A DNA stretch of 64,000 nt, taken from positions 36,706,001 through 36,770,000 of the forward strand of contig NC_087447.1 of NCBI RefSeq assembly GCF_036321535.1, written 5' to 3'. The position numbers and the translations under genes are program-made. Source of the stretch: Camelus dromedarius (Eukaryota). A model generated the notes under the pieces. It worked only from the letters and a program-made list of their open reading frames with translations, did not search any database and had not been told where the DNA came from. Position 1 is the stretch's first letter. The number at the start of each line of letters is the position of its first letter. Below are positions 40,191 through 54,094 of this stretch, one piece after another.

Positions 40191-41742
40191 TAATAGGAAG
40201 ATTTTAAATATAAGAGGTATAGTTTTTCAGTGCCCCTTGCCTAATCTACCATTACACCATTACACTTCCACACCAGAAGAATAGGGGCTGGTAATTTGTC
40301 ACTGAGAGCTGAAAGGTCTAGTAATTGATCTAGGGTTGAGATTTACCTATTATCAATGGGTTAGCTGTCTAAAAATAGTTCAGAATAAAAAAGTCTAGTT
40401 GTGAACTGCGTAGTATCATTTTGTGTGCTGAGGATTAACTTCAGTTTCAGGAAGCATAATGAATACAGCCCTTTTACTCTTGTTGTTATTGTTTTAAAAT
40501 TAAATGAGTTCAGGAAAATGCAAAGAAGGGAATAATTGTTTATGTTCTTATCATCCAGAATTAACTATGGTTAATCTCTTGTTATATTTGCTTCAGTTTG
40601 TTTTTAAAGAAAAATGATTCTATTGTTTTTATTAAAAACATATCATTTTGAGGAAATGCAGAAAATATGAAAATAAAAAGGAAATTAATACCACCACCTA
40701 GAAATTACCATAATTAGTATTAGATAGGTATCATTCTTACATATTGTATAAATAGGCGAGTGAGCGGGTGGCAGATGGATGAATGGACAGATAGAAAGAC
40801 TTTTGTAAAAACGAGATCATGTTGTGAATAGAAAAGGATACATTTTATTTTGCTTCATTTTAAAAGACAGAAAAGAAACTTAAGTAGAATTAAAGGAGTT
40901 GCTGAATCCCAAATAAATGTTTATTTTCAGTATTAGAGATAATATTTGCTAAAAGATTCCCCTCAAGATTTAAAAACAGAGGGGGGCATTACGAAAAATG
41001 AAGAGGCTTTCTCATTATGTTTTCTTTTTAAAAGCTAGTTACTTATTTTTGAATGAAACGGTTGGCTTCCTGCTTAGAAAGATAAGGGCATTGTATACTC
41101 TTACAATTGCTCCCAAGTCTCTACCACCCACTTCTGATTATTTGTTGTTTTACTACTTTTGTGTTACCTAGGTTTATAATATTTATACTCTGTTTTATAA
41201 TCATAATTCCCACTGTTGTTTAGTGTTTATTCCATATGTATAAAAATGCAGTCATCACTACTGGTTCTTTTACTACAGCTTCTCTTTTTCTTTCTTTATT
41301 TCACTTTCTTTCTTAATTAGTTGAATTTCATTTTTGAGATAATTCCCTCCCAGCCCCAAGAAGGGCTTAACGGTCTCTGTTCCCAAAGTTCTAAGACCTT
41401 TCGTGTCAACTTACCTTTCATCTTCCTGTGTCAATGACATCTTCCCTTAGCATAATATCGTTGGTCATGAGGTCTTCTCTCCAGTATTCTGCATATATTC
41501 CTCTTTGTTGGTCCTTTGCTATTTTTGTTTGGAAGTTTAAGAAAATTATTTCTCAGGGGTGAGAAAATAGCAGACTGAAAGTGGAGAGAACTTGGCTAAG
41601 GCAGTATGTAGCTTTTATTTTGGGGCTGAGCTGTCTTTTCTGAGATTTCATAACTTACTTTTTTCATAGTTCAGTCCACCTAATTGGGAATGAGGTCAAG
41701 GTTTACCATTCATTCAGGAGGATACTTTTTGGGTCATTCCCC

Positions 41743-41798
41743 AAATTTGTTGTGTCGATCTAGAAATTTGTTCTGTCAACCTAGAAATTTGTTCTGTC
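41743..41798. repeat. 21-bp period tandem repeat, about 2.7 copies
   Basis: aaatttgttgtgtcgatctag / aaatttgttctgtcaacctag / aaatttgttctgtc. Confidence 0.9.
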
Positions 41799-43009
41799 TT
41801 AACATCTGTCAGACAGAAATAGCCCTCTTGTTCACTTTTCCTATTTGATCTATTGTTTTTTAGTTTCCTTTTCTACTACACTTAAGGCTGAAGATAAAAA
41901 AGCTAACAAAACTCATTCAGTTTGCTTCTCTTCAGATTTGGGAATATTATTGACAATTCTTAGAATTTTGTTGACTCACCCATCTCATCTTTGTTTCTTT
42001 TCTTGGTCCACATCATCTCTGTTACTTTCCTTGGTTGCCAGATTTTAAGGTTTATTACATTTAGTTATTTTGCTTTTCTTATTTGGTTGCTATTGGTGTT
42101 TTTTTTTTTCTCCTGATTTTTACTAAATCTTGCTCATTTAATTAGTAATTCGTGGAAGAAAATTTGTTAACTAGTTTTGATATGCCTTCATAATCAGAAA
42201 TCTTGCCCCTTTAATTTTGATAGGAAAGTATTATCCAGTACATCTGCATAACGTTTGCAAGTAACACTTTGACTTAAACCATCAAAAGGCATTGATCACT
42301 AAGTTTTGAGTGTCATTTTCATATATCTCAAGGCCCCATATTTTTAAGGGACTTTGCTGCTCTAAATAACACTGTGTTGCATGGAGTTACACCATGGAGA
42401 AGTTGAAAATGTCCTCAGAGGACAGGAAGTAATACGTAGTTCTTAGAAATTCTTCTGACTGTGTATAAGAACTTAGTTTGGTCTGTATATTTCACTTATT
42501 AAAAGGCATTTTGATTTATATTTTGTGGCAATGTTCTCTAGAAATATTTACCATCAAGATTTAAAATCAGATTACCTATTTGTCCATATCTAAAACAATA
42601 CTGTGTAAAATATTGGTTGGCTTAAAATAATGATCAAAGTACATATTTTGCTAAGGATTGTGAAATTGCTTTAGTCTATAAAGAAAGAATAAGCTGTTAA
42701 ATTCTAACAACACAGTAGTAATATATACACTTTGTGTTCTGTTTTGAGACAATTTATTTATGCAGTTCATATTTTGGTTAAGTGGTCAAATTTAGTGTAG
42801 TATAGGGATTTTGTAGTAGAGAAGCTGAAAGTGTTCAGAAGTAGTAATTATTGATGGATTTATTATTTGTGAAATGTAGGACCACCTTTCCCCCCTTTCT
42901 TTGGTTTTTTAATGTTCTTAAAGTTCATTCCACCCTAGAAGGGTCTTTATGTACTTTATGCCATCTTTATAGTGAGAGAGATTTGTAATCTTAAACAAAT
43001 GAATTAAAG

Positions 43010-44610
43010 AAACTTAAATAATTAATAAAATTTAAAATCAATGGCCCTTATACCTGGAAATTAAAAAAAAGAAGAAAACCTCTATTAAATAACTGTTGAT
43101 CAAAGGGGGAAATACAATATAAGTGTTACAGAATTTTAAAAAGTAATTATAAAGAAAAAACTATATTTTGGAATCTGTGGAATACATTTAAAATGGTGAT
43201 CAGAGGAAAATTCACTTTTATCAATAAAAATAAAAGAATGAGAATATGAATTAAATTGTAAGCTGAAAAAAAAAAACCCTTAAAAAAAAATCAACCAATA
43301 AACCAAAGGAAAATACAAAGAAAGGAATGATAAGGATAAAAGCAGAAGTTATTGAGGTAGATAATTTAAAAATAATTGACCTAATTAATAAATCAAAATA
43401 TCATCTAAAAATTAATGAAAAATACAAACCATTAGCTAAATCCATCAAGAAAAGGAAGGTAAAAGTATAAATACACAAAATATCAAGTAACATGGGCAAG
43501 TAACAATCAAAATAAAAGAAATTATAAAGATCAAAAGACACCACTTTTTAGGCTTATAACAAATATAAACTTGAAAACTTAGATAATCTGAATAATTTTC
43601 TAGTAAAATACAAGAAGACCCCACTCACAATAGAAATGAAAAAATCAAATATTTTAGGAATAAACTTAAAAAGAAATGTACGAATTTTATATGAAGAAAG
43701 CTTTAAAATACTCCTAAAAGACATAAAAGTACACCTGAACAAATGCAGAGACATCCTTTGTTGGTGGGTAGGATAACTAAACAATAAAGAGGTCAATTCG
43801 TCATAAGTTAATTTATGAATTTAACACATTCCCACTCTTATCAAGCTTTTATAATGGGGATATACGATTTGATACTAAAGTTCATACAGATAAACAAATA
43901 CACAAAAATAGCCAGGAATATACATAAAAACTACAAGGGTATGTATGTGTGCGTAGCCTTACTAGACATTAAAATAAACTATAAAGCCTCAATAATTAAA
44001 ATAATGTAGTAATGGCAAGTGAATTAACAGACCATGAAATAGAATTGAAAGTCCATAAATAAACTCAAATATATATGGAAGTTTAATACGTGATCAATTT
44101 AGCATTTCAAATCTCTAAAGCATAGATGGATTTTAACATATGGTACTGGGATAACTGGGTAGCTACTCAAAAAAAGTTAATAGATATATACTTAATACCA
44201 TACAAAGGGATAAACTCCCAATTGATTAGGGATCTAAGGGTTAAAAAATGAAAATATGTACTATAAGAAAACATTAATGGATTCCTCTTGAATCCTAGTG
44301 TAAGGAAAGGCTTTATAACTATGACTTAAAATGTGGAGATCATAAAAAAAGAGTTCTAGATTTGAATACATAAAATATTTGCTTGTCAGAAAGGACCATA
44401 AATGAATCCAAAAGACAACTGACAAACTGAAAGAAAATATTTGCACTACCATCAAAGATAAAGGGCTAGTAACCTTCATATATAAGGAACTCTGAAAATT
44501 TGAGGGAAAAATGAGCCAAAAATCTGATAGAACAAAGAACAAAAGACATGGAGAGAAAATTAAAGAATTAAATGTAAAGACAGCCCTTAAATCTTTGAAG
44601 AGACTGCAAT
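43010..44610 (+). mobile_element. Old L1 (L1MC/MD-like) ORF2 relic, 5' segment of an interrupted element
   Basis: A-rich sense ORF2 motifs: gaatctgtggaataca, LILKFI...KIA, IKINYKASIIK, tggtactgggataactgg. Confidence 0.8.
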
Positions 44611-44619
44611 TATCAATTA

Positions 44620-46540
44620 CTGAAGAGATACAACTGTCAGTTATTTAGATAAGGGTGTTAAAATTTCTGCTGATAATTGAGAATTTGTCTATTTTTCTTG
44701 TAGTTCTATGAGTATATGCTCCATGTGTTTTGAAGCTATATTAGGTGCAAAAGTGTTTGATTTTCATCTCCTATATCATCTCATCTCATATCATATCGTT
44801 TGTCATTATGAAATGACCCTCCTTATCCGTGTATAATGGTCTTTGCTCTAAACTTTATTTTGCCTTTATTAATATAGCAACTTAGTCTTATCATGGTGTA
44901 TATTTTTCCATTCTTTTACTCCTAATCTATTTATATCTTTTACATTTTTAAGTGTGTTTCTTATAGGCAGCATATAATTGCGTTTTGCTTTTTTATCTAA
45001 TCTGATAATGTTTACCTTTTCTTTGCTATTTCTTTTCCATATGCACCTTTCCCTTTTTTATTGCCTTCTTTTGATTGGTTATTTTTTGTAGTTCCATTTA
45101 TCTTCTTATTAGTTATGGCCTTCTGTTCATTATTTTACTGATTGCTTTACAGTTTAATAGTACATTTTAAACTTATCATAGTATACCTTCAAGAGATATC
45201 ATGCTACTTCACAATGTAGTACAAGAATATAATGTCCATCTTTCCCCTTCCAGATTTTGTCCTAATGTTGTCATACATTTTAATTTTACTTATTTTATAA
45301 CTCCTATAATACATTGACATTTTTTGCTTTAAATAATAAATTATATTTGAATAATATTTAAATAATAAGACAAAAAGTTAAATATTTACCCATGTAATTG
45401 CCACTTCAGGTGCTCTTATATCCTTTGTGTAGATCTATGTCCCCTCCAATATCATTTTCTTCCATTTGATTTCTTTTAAGATTTCTTATATACAGATCTG
45501 CTGGTGGTGAATTGTGTCAGCCTTTGTATGTCTGAAAAACTCATTATTTCATTTTTGTTTTGAAAGATATTTTTGCTGGATATAGAATTTTAGGTAGATA
45601 GTTTTTCTTTTTTTTTTTTTTTCCTGTTAGCACTTTAAAAATGTTGCACAACTGTCTTTTGGCCTATGTTGTTTTCAATGAGAAATCAACTGTCGCTGTA
45701 TTTTTTTCCCCTCCATCTATAATAAGTCATTTTTTCTCTATAGTTTACAGGTTTAAAGCATTTTAGTTATGATGTACCTTGGTATAGTTTTCTTCGTATT
45801 TCTTGTGTTTGGGGTTCATTGCCTTCTTGATTCTGTAGGTTTAGTTTTCACCAACTTGGGAAAAAATTTCAGCCATTAGTTTTTCAATATTTCTTCTGTT
45901 CCTCTCTCCTGAGCTTTAGGGACTCTAATTAGAGATATATTAGACCATTTGAAGTTGAATCACTGCTCACTTATTCTGTGATTATTTTTTCCGCCTTTTT
46001 TGTCTTCTTCTTTTATTATAGGTGGTTTCTATTGCTCTGTCACCAAAGTTACTAATTTTTTCTTCTACAATATTTGATTGGCTTTTAATCCCATCCAGTA
46101 TTTTTTTATTTCAGACATTTTTTCATCTTTAGAAGATGACTTTTTAATTTGTTTATATGTTCTCCATACATTTATTAAACCTGTCAAATTTCCCCACTAG
46201 CTTATTGAATATATAGACATAGTTTTAATGTCTTTGTCTACTAATTTTAATATCTATATGATTTTTATTTCAGTTTCAGTTGATTGATTTTTCTTCTCAC
46301 TAAGGTCGTGTTTTCCTGCTTCTTTGCATGCCTGTATTTTTAAATTGAATACTAGGTTTCGTGAATTTTACTTTGTTGGGTATTTCTGCGAAGATTCTTG
46401 AGCTTTATTCTGGGCTGCTGATAAGTTACTTGGAAACAATTTGATCCTTTTTAAAATATATATATTTTTTATTGAAGTATAGTCAGTTTACAGTGTTGTG
46501 TCAACTTCTGGTGTACAGCACAATACTTCAGTTATATAGG

Positions 46541-46583
<43 letters not shown>

Positions 46584-48230
46584 TCATTTTCATATTCCTT
46601 TTAACCATAAGTTACTACAAGATATTGAATGTAGTTCCCTGTGCTGTACAGTATAAACATGTTGTTTATCAATTTTATATATAGTAGAAAATATCTGCAA
46701 ATCTCTGACTCCCTATTTATCCTTTCCACCCCTTCCCTCCCTGGTAACAATAAGTTTTTTTCTGTGTCTGTGAGTTGATTTCTGTTTTGTAAATTTATTT
46801 GTCTTTTTTTTTATATTCCACATATAAGTGATATCATATGGTATTTTTCTTTCTCTTTCTGACTTACTTCACTTAGAATGACATTCTCCAGGTCCATCCA
46901 TGTTGCTGCAAATGACATTATTTTTATTTTTTTTTATGGCTGAGTAGTATTTCATTGTATAAATATACTACAGCTTCTTTATTCAGTCATCTGTTGACAG
47001 ATATTAGGTTGTTCCCATGTCTTGATTATTGTGAATAGCGCTGGTATGAACATTGGGGTGCATGTACCTTTTTGAATTAAGGTTCCATCTGGATATATGC
47101 CCAGGAGTGGGATTACTGGATCATGTAGTGGGTCTATTTTTAGTTTTTTGAGTAGTCTCCATGCTGTTTTCTGTAATGGCTGCACCAAACTACATTCCCA
47201 CGAACAGTGTAGGAGGGTTCCCTTTTCTCTATGCCCTCTCCAGCATTTATCATTCATGGACTTTTGAATGATGGCCATTCTGACTGGTGTGAGGTGATAC
47301 CTTATTGTAGTTTTGATTTGCATTTCTCTGATAATTAGTGATGTTGAGCATTTTTTCATGTGCCTAGATTGACCATTTGTATATCTTCACTGGAGAACTG
47401 CTTATTTAGGTCTTCTGCTCATTTTTGTATTGGATTGTTTTTTTCTTATTAAGTTGTATGAGCTGTTTATGTATTCTGGAGATTATGCCCTTATCAGTCT
47501 CATCCTTTGCAAATATTTTCTCTTATTCCATAGGTTATCTTTTTGTTTTGCTTATGGTTTCCTTTGCTGTGCAAAAGCTTTTAAGTTTAAATTTGATCCT
47601 TTAATGTCTTGTTTTAAGCCTTATCAAGCAGGATAAGGCAGCATTTAGTCTAGTGCTTATTTTACCCCATGGCTAAGGCAAAACTCTTTTGAGTACTTTA
47701 CGTGATGCCCCAGGAATTATGACACTTTCCACTCTGGCTAGTGAAGATAAAAACTGTTCTTAGGCCTTTATGAGCTCCTAAGATTTTCCTGTCTCATCCT
47801 TTCAGGTGGTTCTTTCCCTGGTTTCATTTAGTTTTCTCACATGGATTCACCAATCAGTACTCACAAAAAGACTTGGCAGGGGGAAGTCTGCAGATATCTA
47901 GATTTCTCCTGTTGTGTAGCTTCCTCTTTCTCTAGTAACCTGCATTATGAATTCTAGCCTCCTTAGTCTCCCTGAACTTTCAGTTTTAGTTTTAGCTCCT
48001 CAATCCTGGAAAATAGCTAAATTTCATCTAGGTTCTTTCTCCCTGTGCTGTGAGCTGGAACCATAGTAGGACTCATTTGTTTGCTGTATCTCAAGAAGTA
48101 CTATCCTTTATTACCTGATGTCCAATATCTTGAAAACTGTTACTCTATAATTAAAGTTTTTTAAAGTTAAAGTTAAAATTCAGCTCCTGTTACTCCATCT
48201 TGGGCAAAAGTGAGGTGGGTAAAGCAAATA
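44620..48230 (-). mobile_element. Old L1 5' portion (5' UTR, ORF1, ORF2 endonuclease start), interrupted by a young L1
   Basis: T-rich antisense L1M motifs: gtgtttcttataggcagcatata, tttgaaagatatttttgctggatatagaatt, gttttcctgcttctttgcatgcctg. Confidence 0.75.
46451..47589 (-). mobile_element. Young 5'-truncated L1 with a perfect 13-bp TSD; contains (AT)19 at 46544-46581
   Basis: Minus ORF 46979-47359 [31 protein letters not shown] is the ORF2 C-terminus; TSD aatttgatccttt at 46438-46450 and 47590-47602. Confidence 0.95.
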
Positions 48231-48253
48231 ATATAATCTAAAACTATATTGAG

Positions 48254-48591
48254 GAGTAGTGGGGAGTTGTTGCTCAATTGGTATAAAGTTTCAGTTATGT
48301 AAGATGAGTTAGTTCTAGAGATGTGCTGTGGAGCCTGGTGTCTATAGTCACCAGTACTGTATTGTACACTTGACAATTTAAAAGGATAGATCTCATATTC
48401 AGTGTTTTTACTATAAGAAAAACACAAAGGGACACAAAGAAACTTCCAGACATGCTGGATATATCTATTACCTTGATTGTGGTAATGGTTTTATAAGTAT
48501 ATGCATATGTCCAAACGTATCAAATTGTACACATTAAAAATATATGGGTTTTTGTGTTTCAATTATACATTAATAAAGCTGTTTTTTAAAA
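48254..48591 (+). mobile_element. L1 3' UTR fragment (L1MA10/L1MB-like)
   Basis: gtataaagtttcagttatgtaagatgag...gttctagagat...ccttgattgtggtaatggttt...caattatacattaataaagctg. Confidence 0.85.
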
Positions 48592-48594
48592 GAA

Positions 48595-50167
48595 GGAGAA
48601 ATAGAAAAAAGGTATATTGAGATGACAATTGTAACCTATCAAATTCTTGAAAATTTGAAATATGAGACACATTCTTTTGGGAAAGCTGTGAAGAAACAGG
48701 CCCTTTCATCTTATAGGGAATGCAAACGCTTTTGGGAGGGAATTTCACCACATCTATCAAAACTGCATTGTGCACTTTCTTTTGACTCAGCAGTATCACT
48801 TCTATTTACACTGAAGGTAACACCCCCAACAATATGAAAACACATATGCACAAAGCTATTTGCTCCAGAATTATTTGTAATTAAAAATAACCTAAATGTG
48901 CATATATAGGAGAGTGTTTGAATAAGCTATGCTACATAGTACACAGTAGAGTACAATGTAGCTATAAAAAAGATTAAGGAAGATATTTATAACCTGCTAT
49001 GGATTAATTTCCAAAATATATTGCTAAATATAATATTTATGTAGAAAGGAGGTGAAATGAGAAAATATACACTTATCTGCTGGATTATGCAGAAAAAAAA
49101 AAAACAGAGGAAGGTAAACCAGAAACTATTGAGACTGGTTACCTAGAGATGATTGGTACAAATGGAATAGAAAAGATTAGGGATGGTGAGTAAAAGGTAG
49201 AGAGGATGGGGATGAGAAGCAACACTTCTCTGAGTACACTTTTGTGTATTTGTGACTTTTAGAACCATGTTAACTATATTACTTTTAAACAAATGAAGAA
49301 TGGGATAACCAAAATGAATACAAATGGAAATAAGGGAATTTAACTGTATTTCATGTAAATAACATAATCACACTAATGTGTAAGGGGTGGTGGGTGAGTA
49401 GAGCTAATTTAAATAACTTTGGAACAATGTTTTGACTATATGTTCTAAAGTTAACAGATAAAAGAACTGAAAACAAATGTACTTTACTTAGTAGGCTTGT
49501 CTTTCAAAGTCATATGGGTTAGCAATTCTGAAACTAACTTATGTGTTGCAGAATTGAACAAGGAAATACACTGTGGATAATGAGTGTTAGATTTTTTGCT
49601 TTTTGAGAAGAAAGTTATAAATACAGTTAGGGCAAAGGCTAGACTAACTCCTGCAGTGTTAGACTAGAATTGGAGGTATCATTATGAACTCATGATCTTT
49701 AAGATACACACATACCTACATTCACATCCATCTCTATCTCTCCGAAGATATAAATACTAGTATAGATGTGTGTATATATACATGTATGTGTACATAGATG
49801 TATACTATTTTTGTATACACAAATATATGCTATTTAAAATGTATACTATTGCCTAGCTCATAGTCTTCTGAGAGTCAATGAGCAAGCCAAACATTCAGAG
49901 GCTCAGTACCAGTAAGCACACGTAGCACCAAATCTTGCTTCTTAAATACCATTATCCAATAAAAGGAAATGATGCATCTTGGAAAAATTACTGATTTCAA
50001 GACTGGGCAAAGAACATACTAGATGAACCTGGAACTATCTTGTGATGTTGTAAAGGAATAATGTGTTCAAAAAAATGATGGTGGCATTATATAAAGGACC
50101 CAAGAGCAATGTTGGAGAAGCTCCTACTGGCCAAATCTGGGATAATACAAGTTACAAAATATATAAT

Positions 50168-50231
<64 letters not shown>

Positions 50232-50850
50232 TTATATGATAAGTATATGATAAATAACTATATAATATTTAATGATAAATAATGAATTGTAATACATAAT
50301 CTACAAGTTCATCCTGAGATATATAAATGAATAAATAAATATATTGGCACGAGGGAAAGTTATTCATTACAGCATAATTTCAACTAGTAAATGTAGAAGA
50401 AATGACAGAATTAGTAAAACATCATTTGGCAACCATCACAGTAATAGTTTCAAGCAAAAATCACCAGTGGATGCTAAAATTAGTGGCCGAAATTTTTGGT
50501 AAGAAATAGGATATTTACAAAGTATTGAAGTATCTCTCCACAAGATACTTACCATTTTTAAAAGGTAAAATAGTAACTTTACAGTGGAAGAACATGGCAG
50601 ACACCATCTTAACCAAGTAACTAAATCTGTAATAGAATAAGTCAACGTTATGTAGCTCCTGCTATAATGCATTGAACTCACAATATGATTTCTGTAGTAT
50701 TCCTGTCAACAGTATATAACCTGACTCTAAAAAAAATCCTACAAAACAACTAGTTAAGGTTATGAAATACAAAGAAAGATTAAGGTACAGTTCCAATTTA
50801 AAGAAGACTAATGTCACCTGAATGCCTGCAATTCTGTTCTGATCGTCTGC
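48595..50850 (+). mobile_element. Old L1 (L1MC/MD-like) ORF2 end plus long 3' UTR; continuation of 43010-44610
   Basis: tttgactcagcagtatcacttcta; 3' UTR motifs ttggaggtatcattatgaactcatg, taaataccattatccaataaaagg, aactttacagtggaagaacatggcagacaccatcttaaccaagt. Confidence 0.8.
50170..50225. repeat. (TA)28 microsatellite
   Basis: Direct read. Confidence 0.97.
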
Positions 50851-51635
50851 AATTCCTAGAAATGCCAAGTGACCAGCAGCTGTTACTTGAAGACTTTTAG
50901 GAAGCAAATATACTAACTCCCAGGTGCTCATGAATCATCCCTTCCTCCATATTTGACAAGCAGCTTACTTGAAGGTATATCAAGGACCCTATTCAATTGC
51001 TCACATTTGAAACATTCTAATGTTTCTCATAAAAGTTTAGCATAGGAGGCAAAGAATGCTTTTCCTTTCTATAGTACAATTGAAACTGTAAGTAAGCTGC
51101 AAGTAATTATTCTTGGAAATTTCACTTTAGTCAGGAAGACAGTGAGAGTGATTGCAGGGTTTAGTTAGTATTGTGATCCAGAAGTTACATCTTGGAGAAC
51201 TCTGTTAGTCTTTGGGAAACTACAAATTAGGATAAAATCAAGGCTGTTCTTAGTCATTTTAACTCTTGTTGGAGACTTTTAAAATTTAGAGCTCATCATC
51301 ATCGTTATTATTTTACTACTGTTGTTACCCTTTATGGAATTCACTTGAAGCAAACCTCCTGATCATCAAAGTGCTTATTAGTTTTCTTGCAAATGTTTAA
51401 GTTTTAGTTTTGGAGACATCTTACAAGGACTAAGGTAGGAGAGTATGAGGGAGGAAAATCACCTGTTAATAGATAACTTGACAAGACCTGTATGAATTTT
51501 GAGAATACAGTAGTTGTTAAAGAGTTAGCAACATATTAAAGTGGTAGATTTTCTAGGTATGGAACTTCCATGTATCCCATGACATTTTCTTTCTCAGTGA
51601 CTGATCATTTTGCCATTCAAGAGTCTTACATCAAA

Positions 51636-51950
51636 AAGACAAATGAACTTATATATAAAACAGAAACAGACTCACAGACATAGAAAACAAACTTATGGTT
51701 ACCAGAGGGAAAGAGAGTGGGAAAGGATAAATTGGGAGTTCGAGATCTGCAGATGCTGACTGGTATATATAAAATAGATAAACAAGTTTATACCACATAG
51801 CATAGGGAACTATATTCGATATCTTATAGTAGCTTATGGTGAAAAAGAATATGAAAACAAATATATGTATATCCATGTATGACTGAAGCATTGTGCTGTA
51901 CACCAGAAATTGACACAACATTGTAAACTGACTATACTTCAATTAAAAAA
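51636..51950 (+). mobile_element. Young L1, 3'-UTR-only insertion with a 17-bp TSD
   Basis: Same 3' UTR as 38039-38840 (ttgacacaacattgtaaactgactata); aaga(g/c)tcttacatcaaa at 51619-51635 and 51951-51967. Confidence 0.93.
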
Positions 51951-52488
51951 AAGACTCTTACATCAAACTCAGGAAAGACCTAAGAATTCTTCTCTGCACT
52001 TTGGCCTTAATGCATCATTGATCTGACAATAGGATGTTACCACAGTTCTTCTTCCTGTGGTGAGTCACAAGAGCTGTTTATTAAAATAAAGGCAGTACCT
52101 GTATATTTCAAGCACCTGTATGTAAAATAGAATTTCTTGTGTAAAAAGCACTATGTTGCCTGGTAAATGTAGCTACTCTAAAGAATGAACAGCTGTAGAT
52201 ACTTGTGACAGTTTATTGATATGGTGTACAGTTCTCTTCTTTAAACATTACACTTTTGTTTGTGGCAATAGCTAATGATTACAGAACTTGCACTCTGAGA
52301 CATTGTCTCTTTGCTTTTGAAGAGTACACTTTTAGACTGGCTTAATTATTTTTCTTTGTTTAGCCATGCTGCATTTAAGCTTAGGCTTCAGACATTCTAA
52401 GAATATTTTCTGCCAATCTTGGTGGTAATTGTCTCCCTTACTTCAGCTTAGTATCTGGCCTATGTTTATATATTTTCCTATCTTTTCC

Positions 52489-52762
52489 TTTTTAAAATTG
52501 GGATATAATTGACATATAACATTGTATAAATTTAAGGTGTAAAACTTATTGATTTGAAACATTTATATATTGCAGTATGATTACCACCATAGCATTAACT
52601 AACAGCTCTATTATGTCACATAATGGTCATTTTTTTTGTGTATGATAAGAACAATTAAGATCTAGTTTCTTAGAAACTTTGAAACTTATAATATTGTACT
52701 GTTGACTGTAATCATTATGTTGTGCATTAGATCTCCAGAATTTATCTCCTAGTTGTAAGTTT
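52489..52762 (-). mobile_element. L1 3' UTR fragment (L1MA9-like)
   Basis: gatataattgacatataacattgtataaatttaaggtgta...attagatctccagaa. Confidence 0.85.
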
Positions 52763-53859
52763 CATTCAGACCAACGGTATACATAATCTTTGAATACTGA
52801 GAACTGACTGATTTCCATAACTAAATTGTTTATGAGCATGACATGGTATTTTATTGCAAAAAATTGTTAAATACCCACTTTTGATGCTCACAGTAGGGTC
52901 CAGACTTATAAACATATACCATTATTAGCTTCCAGTTTAGTTCGTAGCTGGATTCCCTCTGACACCACTAATTGTTGCCTAATTTGAATAGAAGATAGAG
53001 AGGCACATGAAGTTCATCTTTAAACTGTGCAGGGCCTGTTCAAAGAACCTTTGTGCTCTGTGCAATCAAGAGAACTGGTCAGTGTTTGGACTTTTTACAG
53101 AACAACAGTTAGTTTAGAATTTGCTATTATTTTTCCTGTTTCCTTTCAAAATACTAAGAAAGGGCAGCATATTTAGTTTTTAATTTTACTTTTTGGGCTA
53201 CAACTTTTTTCCTTACAAAAGCATAATTTTAGCTTTTATTCTTCTTTCACTCAAAATGTAAATGTTGGGAATAAGGCCAGCTTAAAAGTGATTTAAAAAA
53301 AAAAAAGGAATTTGTGTTTAGGTAGAAGTTTTCAAAATGCTAATGATTACCTAATTTACTGCCCTTGCCATGAGAGAAATAACTCTAATAAAGATTGATG
53401 TCTTTAACCAGCCTGCTTTGAATTTACAAGCTGACTACCGTTCATCTGTAGGCCACTTTTTCATATGAAGGACAACATTCCATTATTAAGAAAAACTACA
53501 CAAAACTCCAGGGATGTGAGTGGAAGCCCACAAGGAGAATTTCCTGTTGGAGTGGATGGGTTTACTGAGTGTCCTACATCTGCCACCTTAAATTGCATCC
53601 TCCCCTAGGGTTTTCCTACTTGAATCTCAACTACTACTACCAGTACACTGGACATTAAATTATCTGTGATTCCTTTTAAAATGTTTTCTTGGCTCAAAGC
53701 ATAGCCAAGACATGCTGATATACTTTAAAAAACCAAAATCAATGGCAGAACAAAATGTAAATAATTACAGAAAAAGCCCATAGTATTAAAATTAAGTGTA
53801 TGAAATACTATTTGCTTGCCCTAAGAATCCCAATAAGATTTACTGCACCCCAAATCCTC

Positions 53860-54092
53860 TCATCCTTCATTCATTTTCATTGATTCTGTGTATTTTTATT
53901 TAGTGTCTGCTATGTCCCAGTGACTATGATGGACATGAAGGATATACTAGTGAATAGGAAAGGTGTGTTTTTGGCCTCTTAGAACTTATAGTCTCTTAGA
54001 GAGGATTGATGGTGAAGTAATAAAATATGACAACCATGACTTAGGCATTGTAAGATTCCAGTAGTCTTTTGAAAGCATTCCTGAGGAAATAG
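53860..54092 (-). mobile_element. L2 3' fragment
   Basis: ttcattcat...tttatttagtgtctgctatgtcccag...gaacttatagtct. Confidence 0.7.
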
Positions 54093-54094
54093 CC

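Noticed and set aside
41743..41798. CRISPR-like direct repeats
   Set aside because: Head-to-tail 21-bp units with no spacers, in mammalian DNA, with no cas genes.
41100..42200. Possible very old antisense L1/HAL1 relic
   Set aside because: T-rich and suggestive but too diverged to call by eye; needs a Dfam search.
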